From: Ostreococcus lucimarinus
Lineage: Eukaryota
Strand: one strand, 5' to 3'
NCBI GenBank assembly: GCA_000092065.1
Contig: CP000591.1
DNA: 64,000 nucleotides
The notes under the pieces are model-generated. The model did no database searches, was not told where the DNA came from, and saw only the letters and a program-made list of their open reading frames with translations. Made by a program: the position numbers and the translations under genes. Below are positions 28,167 to 38,424 of the stretch, piece by piece (the first letter of the stretch is position 1; every line of letters starts with the position of its first letter).

Positions 28167-29572
28167 CTACGCCGCGACAGCCATCATGCCGCGCAAAACG
28201 AGCTCGCGAAGCGCCCAAGTGGGCTTGGTGTACTTTCGCCCGTCTTTGGTGGTATACTCCTTATCCACCAACTGCATGGCCCAAAGGTAGTGGACGGATT
28301 GAATGTCGTCCTCGGCGCCCTCGACGACGGCGCCGGATTTGTCGCGAACGCAGTTGATTTGTTGGCAACTAAAAGTCAGCACGACGAGGGGCTCGTTTTC
28401 CATCAAACGAACTTCCATGAGCTCGACTTCACTTAAATCTAAGATCCTCGGATCCACGTGCTGTCCTTCGTGCTTCCAAAGGTTCATCTGCCCGGATAAC
28501 CGCTCGAGCATTTCGCTCGAAATATTCGTTTGCTTCAACGCCTCGACGTCGCCCTTGAGGTAGGCGCCGAGAACTTTGGGAATATCTCTGCGCACTTCGG
28601 CGATAAAATCGTTAATGTTAAACATCGGATCTCGCTGACGAATCATGCGATACGCCTCGCCTTGCTCGGTCTCGCTGAACAGGTTATCCTGAAAGTCTTG
28701 AATGCGGTGCACCACGGGCGAGTCGCTCGTCTCCCATCGTTCGCGCATATCCTCCGCCAGCTCCGCCCCCTTGGCGTACGGCGCGGTCTTCTTCAACCCC
28801 TCGAGCTTATCGAACGCGCTCGCGATCCCGAGCTTGGACTTCACCCCTCCCCACAACTTTCCGAACGCGCTCGGTTTCGGCGCCGCCGTCGTCGCCACCG
28901 CCGTCGTCCCGTCGTACGGTTCAAACATCGCCTCATCGTACCCCGCCGCCTTCCTTCGCTCCGCCGCCGCGTCCCCCGGATCCATCATCGCCAACCGATA
29001 CTCCTCCTTCACCGCATCGATCGCCATCGCCGCGAATCCGCTCGGCGTCGTCCACGACTTTTTCCCCCCCGCCCTCGCGTCGCCCGTCGCCGCCGCCGCC
29101 GCCCGTCGTCCCGCCTTCCGCGCCGCCTCGCCCGCCTCCCTCGCCGCGTCGTCCACCGCGTCGACGTCGATGCCCGACGCTCTCGCGCGCGCCCGCATCT
29201 CCGCCGCCGCCTCCGCCGCGTACGTCGTCGCCCGCGCGCGTAAATCATCGAATCCCCGCGCGTCCGATCGCGTCGACGTCTTCCCCGTCGCCTCGCTCGC
29301 CGCGTCGCGCGGCGCGCGCGAGCGGCGCGTCGCGTCGCCGTCGTCGCGCGTCGCGTCGCGCGCGCGCGCGTCGTCGCGCTTGAGCGCGCGCGCGGACGCG
29401 CGAAGCGACGACATCGCGCGCGCGCGCGTCGCGTCGGCGCGCGTCGTCGCGCTCGAACGCGGCGCGACGCGCGCGAGCGCGCTCGAGCGCGACGCGACGC
29501 GCGCGAGCGACGCGTCGCCGAGCGCGCGCGCGCTCAGGCGCGCGAGCGCGCGTCGCGCGCGCGTCGCCATGG
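28167..29572 (-). CDS. TIM44: Mitochondrial inner-membrane translocase subunit TIM44
   Basis: The Tim44 C-terminal domain is colinear with yeast/human TIM44: PVVHRIQDFQDNLFSETEQGEAYRMIRQRDP.FNINDFIAEVRRDIPKVLGAYLKGDVEAL...VHYLWAMQ. Start chosen at ATG 29572 (MATRARRALARLSARALG, a mitochondrial presequence; 467 aa versus 452 aa in human) rather than the ORF-track ATG at 29744, which would overlap the neighbouring SET gene. Confidence 0.8.
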
Positions 29573-29609
29573 CGGCTCGAAGTGACGCGGCGACGCGGCG
29601 CGCACTTCG

Positions 29610-31157
29610 ATGCGCGCGCGCGCCGTCGCGCGATGCGCGCGGCGCGTCGTCGGCGCGGACGCGCGACCGGACGCGCGACCGCGACCGCGCGCGGCGTCGC
29701 GTCCGCGCGCTCAAGCGCGACGACGACGCGACGAGGACGCGCATCGCGCGACGGCGCGCGGCGGCGACGCGCGCGCGCTCGGCGCGCTCATGCGCTGGCT
29801 GCGCGCGCGCGGCGTCGAAGCGTCGCGCAAGACGCAGTTCGCGCGCGGACGCATGGGCGTCGGCGGCGTCGCGATCGAGGACATGGCGCAGGGGGAGGTG
29901 ATTTTCTCGCTGCGAATGCGAGACGACGACGACGCGCCGATCGCGCTGACGACGACGGAGGTCGAGAACGAGCGCGGACCGCTGCGAACGCTGGCGAAGA
30001 TGGTGAACGCGACGAGGCTGACGAGTAGGTACGCTGGGGTGATCGAGGACGAGTGGGGATTTCCGTTGGATTCGACGCGCGCGGCGACGCTGGCGCTGGC
30101 GCTGGCGCGGGAAGTCGAGCTGGGGGACGACGCGTACTGGCGCGCGTACGTCGATTTGTTGCCTCGAGAGGTGGATAGCTTGCAGATGTGGGACGATGAC
30201 GAGCTCGAGGCGCTGCAGGGGTCGAGATTGATCGAAAGGGCGCGGCGAAGACGCGCGCTGGTGCGACGGGAATACGAAGCGACGCGCGAGGCGTTGGGGG
30301 CGACGGCGCCGTCGTACGAGTCGTTTCGATGGGCGTACGCCACCGTGCTCGCGCGCGCGTTCGTGCTTCCAGATTTGAACTGCATGGCGCTGTTGCCGGG
30401 ATTAGATTTGTACAATTCCGCGCGCGACGCGGAAAAGTGTACGGTGGAGCGACTCGGGCACGTCGAAGACGACGACGACGAAGACGACGACGAGGACGTC
30501 GCGTTCGCGAACGAGGGCGAAGCGCAAGTCACGCTTCGCGTCGGTATCGGTGGCGCGGCGGCGGGAACGCAGCTGTTTCACGATTACGCCGACCACACCT
30601 CGGGCGGGGCGTTGCTCGAATTCGGTTTCGTGTACCACGGCGAACGCGAGCGAGGCTCGGGCGTGGACGCCGTCGAGACGAGTCTTGTGCGCGCGTACGA
30701 CGCACTCGACGCGCGTTCGCGCGCGTTTCTCGCCGAACGCGTGTTCGGTGCGTTCAACGTGCGCACCAGCCTGACGTTTGAGCTCTCGAACGTGGGTGGC
30801 GTGTACAAACCCGCCCTTCGCGGCGCCGCGTGCGTTCCGCTCGAAATGTGGCGCGCCGCGAGGGCGTTGGCGCTCTCGCCCGAGCGCGCGCTCCCGGCGT
30901 CGTTAGACGACGTCTTGGACGAAGACACCGAAATTCGAGCGCGTCGCATCATCCTCGACGCTCTCAAAGCCGAGCGCGCGCGCTACGCCGCGACGTCGAT
31001 CGAGGAAGACGTCCGCGCGCTTCGCCTCGCGCTCGACGCCGGCGCCGCCGCGCGTCGAACCGCCGCCGCGCTCGACGTGCGCGTCGGCGAGAAATCCCTC
31101 CTCGACGACGTCATCACCGATTTAGAAACGAACGCGCGACGCGCACGGCGCGGATAG
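29610..31157 (+). CDS. SET-domain protein-lysine methyltransferase of the Rubisco-LSMT/SETD3-like class
   Basis: ALMRWLRARGVEAS.K..F.....GVGGVAIEDMAQGEVI is an LSMT-type N-terminus; the SET core ends LFHDYADHTSGGALLEFGFVY; a Rubisco-substrate-binding-like C-terminal domain follows. ATG verified at 29610. Confidence 0.75.
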   Translation: MRARAVARCARRVVGADARPDARPRPRAASRPRAQARRRRDEDAHRATARGGDARALGALMRWLRARGVEASRKTQFARGRMGVGGVAIEDMAQGEVIFSLRMRDDDDAPIALTTTEVENERGPLRTLAKMVNATRLTSRYAGVIEDEWGFPLDSTRAATLALALAREVELGDDAYWRAYVDLLPREVDSLQMWDDDELEALQGSRLIERARRRRALVRREYEATREALGATAPSYESFRWAYATVLARAFVLPDLNCMALLPGLDLYNSARDAEKCTVERLGHVEDDDDEDDDEDVAFANEGEAQVTLRVGIGGAAAGTQLFHDYADHTSGGALLEFGFVYHGERERGSGVDAVETSLVRAYDALDARSRAFLAERVFGAFNVRTSLTFELSNVGGVYKPALRGAACVPLEMWRAARALALSPERALPASLDDVLDEDTEIRARRIILDALKAERARYAATSIEEDVRALRLALDAGAAARRTAAALDVRVGEKSLLDDVITDLETNARRARRG

Positions 31158-31213
31158 CTCTCGACGTGGTAAACTAGTAAACATATTTATTCGTACATCG
31201 CTCGACGGCGTCG

Positions 31214-31549
31214 TCACGCGCGCGCGTCGTCGTCGTCGTCGTCCTTCGCCTCCCCCCTCCCCTCCTCCGGCTCGTACTCCACGCGCAGCAGCGCCTCCAG
31301 GCTCTCTCGCTTATACATCAGCGCGTCCCGTTCCTTATCGATGTCCCACGCCTCGCTCGGGTCGTCCGTCCGTCGCCATCGCTTATTCTCCTCGACCCGT
31401 CGTCGCTCATCCTCATCCCAGATCTCATCGTCGTCTTTCTTCGACCACGCGCGCGCGATCGTCGACGTCCCGGTCCCGCGCGCGCGCGCGATCCATCGCG
31501 GCGCGCGCGCGACGACGCGGCACCGCGGCTTCGTCGTCGTCGGCGGCAT
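31214..31549 (-). CDS. Small highly charged hypothetical protein (111 aa)
   Basis: ATG verified at 31549..31547. K/D/E/R/W-rich (KKDDDEIWDEDERRRVEENKRWRR...EAWDIDKERDALMYKRESLEALL), which does not look like a GC-frame artefact. No homology recognised. Confidence 0.35.
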   Translation of the reverse strand: MPPTTTKPRCRVVARAPRWIARARGTGTSTIARAWSKKDDDEIWDEDERRRVEENKRWRRTDDPSEAWDIDKERDALMYKRESLEALLRVEYEPEEGRGEAKDDDDDDARA

Positions 31550-31634
31550 CGACGAGTGCGGCGGCGTCGACGCGCGCGCGGATCGCGCGGCGCGCGTCGA
31601 AAATCGGTCGCGTACTGTTTGCCCACACGCGACG

Positions 31635-31647
31635 TTTTCGCGCCAAA
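31635..31647 (+). promoter_or_regulatory. E2F-like site TTTTCGCGCCAAA (copy 1)
   Basis: An exact match to the E2F consensus TTTSSCGC with a CCAAA flank, inside repeat unit 1. Confidence 0.4.
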
Positions 31648-31702
31648 TTCATTGACATGTCGCCTCGCACATCGGTCGCGGACTGTTTGCCCATACGCGA
31701 CG

Positions 31703-31715
31703 TTTTCGCGCCAAA
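31703..31715 (+). promoter_or_regulatory. E2F-like site TTTTCGCGCCAAA (copy 2)
   Basis: The identical 13-mer in repeat unit 2, 12 bp upstream of the 31727 ATG. Confidence 0.4.
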
Positions 31716-31726
31716 TTCATTGACAA

Positions 31727-32461
31727 ATGTCGCCTCGACGACGCGGACGCGCGACGACGACGCCGGCGCCGACGCGAGAGCGCGTCGCGACGACGGACGC
31801 GACGGCGCGACGGGAGGCGGCGATGACGGCGCGCGCGACGCGCGAGCGCGACGACGGCGCGCGGGCGACGACGGACGAGGGCGGCGCGCGGGCGACGACG
31901 GACGAGGATCGCGCGCGGCTGACAAAGTATTGGTTGCGACGACGGTGCTCGACGGGATCGCACGCGAGCGAGGCGACGGAGGTGGGGATGCTGACGGGAG
32001 GGGAGAGCAGCAACGAGAGCCATCAGGCGACGGGACGGCGAGCGCGACGGGGGGGGTCGGCGTCGGCGTCGACGCCGCCGGGCGCGGGGCGACGCGCGGA
32101 GAGAGGAGGGATCGATACGCCGGGACACTTCGCGTTCGCGACGCCGATGAGCGCGAGGGTGCGCGAGGAGGGGATGACGACGCCGAGAACGCCGACGCTG
32201 GCGAACGATAGTCCGGATCGAGCGCGGTTGGATGAGCTCTTGGCGGCGCCCGTGAAGCCGAATTTCGGTACGCGGGCGGCGATCGAGTGCACGCCGCGAC
32301 ACACGCCGTTGAAGCTGCGATTTGATGATAACGTGGACGTCGTCGTGAGTGGAACGCACGCGACGAGTAAGAAGCGCGCGCGTGGGAAGTTGAGCGATGT
32401 GTTCAAGGCGACCAAGTCGACGACGCCGAGGCTCACGCGCGCGCGAAAGGCGATGTTGTGA
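31727..32461 (+). CDS. Hypothetical S/T-P-rich basic protein, a possible cell-cycle (CDK-substrate-like) protein
   Basis: ATG at 31727 lies inside repeat unit 2. The N-terminal 120 aa are low complexity. The C-terminal half (DTPGHFAFATPMSARVREEGMTTPRTPTL...ECTPRHTPLKLRFDD...KKRARGKLSDVF) has multiple S/TP sites and a KRAR basic patch with protein-like composition. Confidence 0.4.
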   Translation: MSPRRRGRATTTPAPTRERVATTDATARREAAMTARATRERDDGARATTDEGGARATTDEDRARLTKYWLRRRCSTGSHASEATEVGMLTGGESSNESHQATGRRARRGGSASASTPPGAGRRAERGGIDTPGHFAFATPMSARVREEGMTTPRTPTLANDSPDRARLDELLAAPVKPNFGTRAAIECTPRHTPLKLRFDDNVDVVVSGTHATSKKRARGKLSDVFKATKSTTPRLTRARKAML

Positions 32462-32624
32462 GCGACGCGGCGGTTCGGCGCGCAGTAATAATTAATCACG
32501 AATGTAAAACAACGACGAGAGTACTTATTTGATTACAGGTCGTCGCGACGACGGACGTCGAAACGTCCGTCGTCTCGGGCAAAACACTCCAATGACACGA
32601 ACAAAGCGACAAAACTGTATATAT

Positions 32625-33584
32625 TTACTCGGAACCCGGCACGAGGTGCGGCTCGAGCGCGGCGCGAGCGAACTCGGGCAGCACGAACGCCGCGGCGTGC
32701 ACTTGCGGGTTATAATAGCGCATCGGTTTCAGCGCGCTTTCATCGGCGGGTCGCGGAAATCGCTTGGCCTTGGTGAAATCCACCGTCGACCCGTCCGCCG
32801 CGGGTTTGCTGCACATCATGAAACCGATTTGTCCGCTCGGGTAAGTCGGTATCGTGGTGTACCCGTACGCCATGGACCCACCGACGAAAATACCCTTGCA
32901 CATCTTCGCCAAGTCCTCGATCAAATCGATGTGCAACCACACGCACTCGGCTTGCGTGCACACGACGCCGCCGGGCTTGAGCGCGCGGTGCATCTTTTTA
33001 AAGAACGCCTCCTCGAACAAAACGCTCGCCGGTCCGATCGGATCGCTCGAGTCGACGATGATGGCGTCGTACGTCCCCTCCTCCGCGTCCCCGACGTACT
33101 TGATCCCATCGCAAATATTCACCTCCACTCGCGCGTCGTCGAACCCCACCGCCATCGACGGCAAGAATTTCTTCGACATCTCCACCACCATCCCATCGAT
33201 CTCCGCGATCTCGATCCTTTCGATCGATCCGTGTCGCGTCACCTCCCTGAGCACGCCTCCATCGCCGCCACCGACGACGAGCACGCGTTTCGGTTCCTCG
33301 TTCAGCGCGCACAGCGGCAGGTGCGTTATCATCTCCTGGTACGCGAACTCGTCCCGCTCCGTCGCCTGAATCACCCCGTCCAGCACCAGCACGTTCCCGT
33401 ACGCCGAGTTTTTAAACACGTACACGTCTTGAAACTCGCTCCGTCCGCGGAACAGCTCCTCGTCGATCTTCAGCGACATCGCCTGGCCTTTCCACATTTC
33501 GCTCACCTCGCACAACCATCCCTCACCGCACGCGCCGATGCACTTGTCCGCGCTCTGCGGCGCGTCGTCGGCGTATTTATTCAT
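32625..33584 (-). CDS. SPDS: Spermidine/spermine synthase (aminopropyltransferase)
   Basis: GWLCE...[54 protein letters not shown]...[17 protein letters not shown]...[11 protein letters not shown] is the canonical spermidine-synthase core. ATG at 33584; the upstream part of the 34289 ORF is an artefact. Confidence 0.9.
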   Translation of the reverse strand: MNKYADDAPQSADKCIGACGEGWLCEVSEMWKGQAMSLKIDEELFRGRSEFQDVYVFKNSAYGNVLVLDGVIQATERDEFAYQEMITHLPLCALNEEPKRVLVVGGGDGGVLREVTRHGSIERIEIAEIDGMVVEMSKKFLPSMAVGFDDARVEVNICDGIKYVGDAEEGTYDAIIVDSSDPIGPASVLFEEAFFKKMHRALKPGGVVCTQAECVWLHIDLIEDLAKMCKGIFVGGSMAYGYTTIPTYPSGQIGFMMCSKPAADGSTVDFTKAKRFPRPADESALKPMRYYNPQVHAAAFVLPEFARAALEPHLVPGSE

Positions 33585-33756
33585 CCCTCGCGCGGTCGTC
33601 GCGCGGCGACGCGGCGCGCGGACGCGGAGCGCGCGGACGCGGAGCGCGCGGAGCGAAATCGCGTCTCGGAGTGGCGGCGCCGCGCCGCACAGCTCGACGC
33701 CGCGTCCGCGTCGCGTCGCGTCGCGCGCTCGCGTCGCGACGCGCACCGCGCGCGCG

Positions 33757-35883
33757 ATGGCGCTCACGACGTCGGTCGCGAGGGCGCGCGACGCGCGCGC
33801 GAGCGCCGATCGCGTCGTCGGTTTGGTCGGCGGTCTTCGCGTCGTCGTCGACGCGCTGCGCGAGCACGCCGCGGATGGACTCGCGACGAACGTCGCGCAC
33901 GTGCGCGAGGACGCGATGTACGTCGTGTTTCTCGCGGCGAGCGTGATCGGGTTCGGGACGGTGGCGAGCGGGGAGATGATGAGCCTGCGGCGACGACGGG
34001 ACAGGGCGCGCGCGGCGCTCAAGGAGTGCGCGACGATGTTGGATCTGAAGAGCAAAGAGACGAGCGGCGCGGCGGCGACGGCGGCGGTGGGGCGGAAAAC
34101 GCGCGACGCGGGACGGGGGAAGCGGACGCGCGAGATCGGGGTCGGGAAAGACTTTTGGAACGAGTTGGGATATCTGTTAAAGGTGGCGTTTCCCACGGCG
34201 GGGAGCCGAGGAGGGCAGTTGTTGGGCGCGCAGTTCACGCTGCTCGTCATGCGCACGCTGTTGACGGTCAGGGCGAATAAGGTGAACACGTTCTATTTGA
34301 CCAAGGCCATCTCGAGCGCGTCGTGGAAGTTTTGGGTGCGGTGGTTTTTCAACTTTGGCGGTTGGATGGCGAGCGGCGTGGTGGTGAACAGCGGGCTGCG
34401 ATACACCGAGAGTTTGATCACGATCGAACTCAGAGCGGCGTTGACGAAGAAGGCGCATAAGATGTACATGGAAAACAATAACTTTTACAAGACGGCGGTT
34501 TTGCGTCAAGGCGGGTTGGATAACGTCGATCAACGCATCGTGGCGGACATCGACGCCTTCGCCAAGGAGACGGCTTTCCTGTACGGGCACTCGTTCAAGC
34601 CCATTTTGGAGTTCACGCTGAGCTTGACCGAAGCCGCGAAGGAGTTGGGCTATTCTCGCCCGCTCGCGCTTTTCGCGTCACAAATCATCATCACCGGCGT
34701 TTTGCGATCCATCGCCCCGCGACTCGGACCGATGGTCGCTCGCGAAGCCGCGCTCGAGGGCGGTTTCCGCCACACGCACGCGCGCTTGATCGCTCACGCG
34801 GAGGAAATCGCCTTATTAGACGGGGGCAAACGCGAGATTGAGATTTTAGATGAAGGCTTGGATAATTTGGTCGTCACGCAGCGCTGGCATGCGCTGCAGC
34901 GTATTCGCAAGAGCGTCGCCGACAACGTATCCAAGTTCCAAGGCTTGCTCGTGGGCAGTATTTTCGTACACGTCCCGTTCATGATGAAGGCATCAGTGTC
35001 CGAAGGCGAGCGCATTTCATCCTTCCGAGCCACCGAGGAGCTCATGCTTCGATGCGGCGGCGCGTTCACCGAAGTGTTGCTTCTCGGCAAAAATCTCGAC
35101 GAACTCGCCGGATACACGCACCGGCTTTCGCAACTGTTCAAAACGTTGGATCTCGCGAGCAAGGAAGCGCGCGAAGACAAGGCTAAACTGGCTTCGGCAG
35201 GCGCTGACCACGCCGAAGGCTCGCCGATCGTGTTCGATAAAGTCACCGTAGGAGCGCCCGAGCCGGATGGCTCGCAACGCGTGTTGGTGAAGGACTTGAC
35301 GCTCGCCGTGGCGTCGGGTCAACACTTGTTGATAACTGGTCCGAATGGATGCGGAAAAACGTCATTGCTTCGCGTGTTGGCTGGATTATGGGCGCCCGTG
35401 TCCGGCACCGTCACCAGACCGTCTGGCGTATCCAGCATCATGTGGTTGCCGCAACGGCCGTACTTGTTGCAAGGATCGTTGCGCGATCAAGTCGTGTACC
35501 CGCGCGACGCGCGCACGGAGAAGATCGTCGACGCGCGCGTGAAGGAGTGTCTGATGATGGCTGGCCTGGCCAAATTCGTGGACGGCTCCATGAACGTTGG
35601 ATTAAACACGCGGCACTTGGAGTGGAACGATGTGTTGTCCGGCGGCGAGCGTCAGAGAATCGGTTTCGCCCGCCTTTACTATCACGCGCCAAAGTTTGCC
35701 ATTCTTGACGAAGCGACGAGCGCAATCAATCCAGACGAAGAGTCCAAGCTGTACGAACGTCTCATCGAAACCGACACCACCGTCGTGAGCATCGCGCACA
35801 GGCTCGAGCTTAGAAAATTCCACAAGTTGGAACTCAAAATCGCGGGCGACGGCGAAGGCGGTTTTCGAATCCTCAAACTTTAG
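33757..35883 (+). CDS. ABC transporter subfamily D half-transporter (peroxisomal ALDP/PMP70/PXA1-type)
   Basis: ABCD TMD signature ([27 protein letters not shown]...[13 protein letters not shown]) plus an NBD with Walker [17 protein letters not shown], signature [14 protein letters not shown] and Walker [15 protein letters not shown] at 33757. Confidence 0.9.
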   Translation: MALTTSVARARDARASADRVVGLVGGLRVVVDALREHAADGLATNVAHVREDAMYVVFLAASVIGFGTVASGEMMSLRRRRDRARAALKECATMLDLKSKETSGAAATAAVGRKTRDAGRGKRTREIGVGKDFWNELGYLLKVAFPTAGSRGGQLLGAQFTLLVMRTLLTVRANKVNTFYLTKAISSASWKFWVRWFFNFGGWMASGVVVNSGLRYTESLITIELRAALTKKAHKMYMENNNFYKTAVLRQGGLDNVDQRIVADIDAFAKETAFLYGHSFKPILEFTLSLTEAAKELGYSRPLALFASQIIITGVLRSIAPRLGPMVAREAALEGGFRHTHARLIAHAEEIALLDGGKREIEILDEGLDNLVVTQRWHALQRIRKSVADNVSKFQGLLVGSIFVHVPFMMKASVSEGERISSFRATEELMLRCGGAFTEVLLLGKNLDELAGYTHRLSQLFKTLDLASKEAREDKAKLASAGADHAEGSPIVFDKVTVGAPEPDGSQRVLVKDLTLAVASGQHLLITGPNGCGKTSLLRVLAGLWAPVSGTVTRPSGVSSIMWLPQRPYLLQGSLRDQVVYPRDARTEKIVDARVKECLMMAGLAKFVDGSMNVGLNTRHLEWNDVLSGGERQRIGFARLYYHAPKFAILDEATSAINPDEESKLYERLIETDTTVVSIAHRLELRKFHKLELKIAGDGEGGFRILKL

Positions 35884-35910
35884 ATTACTTGTGATAGCAC
35901 GTATATTACA

Positions 35911-36984
35911 TTAATGCGTCGACGTCGTCAAGTATGCGAACAACAGCATGGGCGCGCCGAAGAGGCCGACCATGGTGAGCATCGCCTGCGTGTTCAGCGC
36001 CTTGACTTCTTCTTCGTCGATTTCGCCCGCAAACTTTTCGTTCGCCATCTTGATCAGGTACTCGTCGTACGCGTCTAGTTTTGCGGCGTCCATGTAATCG
36101 AATAAGTCCGATTTCATCTTCTTGGAAGCCGTCGTCATCCCCCAAATCATTCGATCCGCTTGCTTGGACACGTTTCCGTACTGGTTTCCGATGCACCGAC
36201 GATACTGCTTCAACGCCTCATCTCGGCGCTGCAAGTTGTCCAGACAGATGGCGTAGTTGAAGATTATCCTCCCGCCCATCTCCGTCTTTTGCCCGATGCG
36301 ATCGAGCGCCCACGGCTCGAGCAAATCGAGCGCGTCTTGCATGTATCCTCGCTTCATCGCCTCGCCCGAACGCTCCAAAACCTCCCGCACCTCCGCGTAC
36401 TCCGCGTTCGTCAGCGTCATCCCCTGATCCTCGCGATATTTCGCCAATTTCTTCGCCACTCTCGCCCTTCGCGCCGCGATCGCCTCCTCGTCCTCCAACT
36501 CCTCCCGTTTAACGGTTCGTCCGCCGCCGTACGTCTTCGATATATCCGGCGGTCGCTCGAACACCCCCCACGTGCTCACCGACGGTTTATACACCGCGTC
36601 CTCCACGTCGTACCCCACCGCCTTCTCGTCCGCGTCGAACGGGTCGTAATCCCGGTCCCGCGTCAAGATGCGCACCGTCACCTCCCGTTTGCGCGTCGCC
36701 CCCGTCGCGCCGTCGCTCGCCGTCTCGCTCGCGAACGTCCCGTCCGTCGTCGACGCCTCCATCGCGTCGTCCCGATCGCCTCCGTCGCCCTCCGCGCGCG
36801 CGCGCTCCATCGCCGCCGCGTACTCGCGCGCCTTTTTCACGCGATCCTCCACCGACGCGCGCAGATCGATCCTCGCGTCCGCGTCCTCGCGCGGCGCCGC
36901 GCGCGCGCGAGAGCGACGCCGTCGCGCGACGCGCGTCGGCGCCCGCGGCCGCGCGACGCGCGCGACGCGCGCCGCGCGCGCCAT
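35911..36984 (-). CDS. Hypothetical protein with a C-terminal transmembrane anchor
   Basis: ATG verified at 36984. The R-rich presequence-like N-terminus is followed by about 250 aa of normal composition (VTVRILTRDRDYDPFD...RIIFNYAICLDNLQRRDEALKQYRRCIGNQYG...) and the terminal TM segment MLTMVGLFGAPMLLFAYL. No family recognised. Confidence 0.5.
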   Translation of the reverse strand: MARAARVARVARPRAPTRVARRRRSRARAAPREDADARIDLRASVEDRVKKAREYAAAMERARAEGDGGDRDDAMEASTTDGTFASETASDGATGATRKREVTVRILTRDRDYDPFDADEKAVGYDVEDAVYKPSVSTWGVFERPPDISKTYGGGRTVKREELEDEEAIAARRARVAKKLAKYREDQGMTLTNAEYAEVREVLERSGEAMKRGYMQDALDLLEPWALDRIGQKTEMGGRIIFNYAICLDNLQRRDEALKQYRRCIGNQYGNVSKQADRMIWGMTTASKKMKSDLFDYMDAAKLDAYDEYLIKMANEKFAGEIDEEEVKALNTQAMLTMVGLFGAPMLLFAYLTTSTH

Positions 36985-37138
36985 CGCGCGCGCCGCTCTC
37001 GCGCGATCGCGCGCGCGCGACCGCGCGACGTTCGCGTCTCGAGGTTCGACGTCGAAACCGACGCGAGGTTCGATCGCGCGCGCTCGAACCTCGCGATCGC
37101 GGGTTCGATCGCGCGCGCGCCGACGTCACTGCGCGTCG

Positions 37139-37432
37139 ATGCCCGCGACCGGGACGGCGTCGTCGCGCGACGAGATCGTGCCCCCGCGACGAGGCGCGCG
37201 AAATCCATGGGTGCTCGTCGGTGCGGGCGCCACGGCGGCGGTGTTGCTCGCGGGATTCGTCGCGTTCAGGGCTGGGGACGCGCGCGCGTCGCAGCGGATG
37301 ATGCGCGCGCGAGTGCTCGCGCAGGGCGCGACGGTGGCGCTGATGGTGGCGACGTCCGCGGGAGGACTGTCGAGCGCGACGTCTTGGACGCTCGCGCGTC
37401 CCGGCGCGGGCGGGACGGCGGGCGAGGGGTGA
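37139..37432 (+). CDS. HIG1 (hypoxia-induced gene 1 / Rcf1-like) domain protein, 97 aa
   Basis: NPWVLVGAGATAAVLLAGFVAFRAGDARASQRMMRARVLAQGATVALMV matches the HIG_1_N consensus (P..Ig...ta.vl..Gl..frrGn...sq.lMr.RvaaQg.Tv.alv). ATG at 37139, TGA at 37430-37432. Confidence 0.7.
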   Translation: MPATGTASSRDEIVPPRRGARNPWVLVGAGATAAVLLAGFVAFRAGDARASQRMMRARVLAQGATVALMVATSAGGLSSATSWTLARPGAGGTAGEG

Positions 37433-37434
37433 CG

Positions 37435-38424
37435 GACGCGCGGGCGAACGCGCGCGGGTTCGCGGCGAGCGCGACGACGACGCGCGGCGACGACGACGCG
37501 TCGACGTCGCGCGACGGAGGCGCGAGCGATGGTGGGGAGCGCGGGCGCGACGGTGACGCGAGAGACGCGCGCGCGAGGCGGGACGAGGAGTCGCGCGCGG
37601 TGCTGCGCGAACGCGCGCTGCGAGCGGCGTTGAAGCGCGTGCGCGAGCTGGGATGGACGGACGCCGCCGTCGACGCGGGATTGAGGGATTTGAATTTGTC
37701 GCCCGCGATGCGCGCGATCGTTCGCGGCGACGCGGGGGCGGGCGCGAGGGACTCGGGACCGGGCGACGGGCTCGCGGGGGAGTTGGCGGGATACTTTGAG
37801 GAGTGCGCGGACGCGGCGTTTCACGCGAAGGTCGTCGCCGAGGGCGAGACGCTGCGCGCGATGAAGTCGCGCGAGCGCGTGAAGTGGCTGATGCGCGCGC
37901 GTTTGGAGATGATCGAGTCCAAGCTCGATTCGTGGCCGCGCGCGCTCGCCGCGATGGCGACGCCGCGGTACGCGATGACGACGCTTCGGCGTCGCGCCGC
38001 GCTCGCGGATTTCATCGCCGACGCCGCGGACGTCGACGCCTTGGACGTGCTTCCGGATTCGTTGGATACGTTTCGTTGGCACGCCGAACGCGCCGCGATG
38101 CTCGCGCTGTACGCCGCCACCGAGTTACGCTTGTTGACGGATTCGAGCAAGGATCGTCGCAAGACGTGGGCCTTTCTCGACGCCCGCGTCGACGACATCG
38201 CGCGATCCCGCGTCGACGTCCTCGAGCTCAAGTCGTACATCGACGTCTTCGCGCGCGACGCCGACTTGACGACGCTCGGCGCGTCGTTCGCGAGCAAAGA
38301 CGCGCTCGCCGCGGCGTTCGCGCCCGTCGCCGACGTCTTCGCTCGCGCGTCTCGCGCCGTCTTCTCGACCCCTTCGCGCGACGCGTCCGAGCGCGACCCG
38401 CCGCGCGACTCGCCCGATCGATAG
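37435..38424 (+). CDS. COQ9: Ubiquinone biosynthesis protein COQ9; the start codon is unresolved and coordinates begin immediately after the HIG1 stop in the COQ9 frame
   Basis: RAVLRERALRAALKRVRELGWT...SWPRALAAMATP...TWAFLDARVDD is colinear with human COQ9 (ILAAALEFVPAHGWT...HWPRALSILMLP...TWRFLENRVND). The only upstream in-frame ATG (37205) overlaps the HIG1 CDS in another frame. Confidence 0.7.
   Translation, partial: DARANARGFAASATTTRGDDDASTSRDGGASDGGERGRDGDARDARARRDEESRAVLRERALRAALKRVRELGWTDAAVDAGLRDLNLSPAMRAIVRGDAGAGARDSGPGDGLAGELAGYFEECADAAFHAKVVAEGETLRAMKSRERVKWLMRARLEMIESKLDSWPRALAAMATPRYAMTTLRRRAALADFIADAADVDALDVLPDSLDTFRWHAERAAMLALYAATELRLLTDSSKDRRKTWAFLDARVDDIARSRVDVLELKSYIDVFARDADLTTLGASFASKDALAAAFAPVADVFARASRAVFSTPSRDASERDPPRDSPDR

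Larger units (their letters stand above)
31607..31737. repeat. Tandem duplication (2 x about 68 bp) in a bidirectional promoter; each unit carries an E2F-like site and ends with ATGTCGCCTCG
   Basis: Unit 1 (31607-31674) is gtcgcgtactgtttgcccacacgcgacgttttcgcgccaaattcattgacatgtcgcctcgcacatcg. Unit 2 (31675-31737) is gtcgcggactgtttgcccatacgcgacgttttcgcgccaaattcattgacaaatgtcgcctcg. Unit 2 runs directly into the 31727 CDS. Confidence 0.7.

Noticed and set aside
31657-32211. 184-aa plus ORF starting at the repeat-copy-1 ATG
   Set aside because: It is a duplicate of the real start codon placed out of frame by a 1-nt insertion. The translation is G/D/R-rich junk; it is retained only as a possible uORF.
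36160-37434. Upstream 425 codons of the COQ9 reading frame, including ATG 37205 (MGARRCGRHGGG...)
   Set aside because: It overlaps the minus-strand gene 35911-36984 in antisense and the HIG1 CDS in another frame. The ATG at 37205 is kept only as an unresolved alternative; see the HIG1-COQ9 finding.
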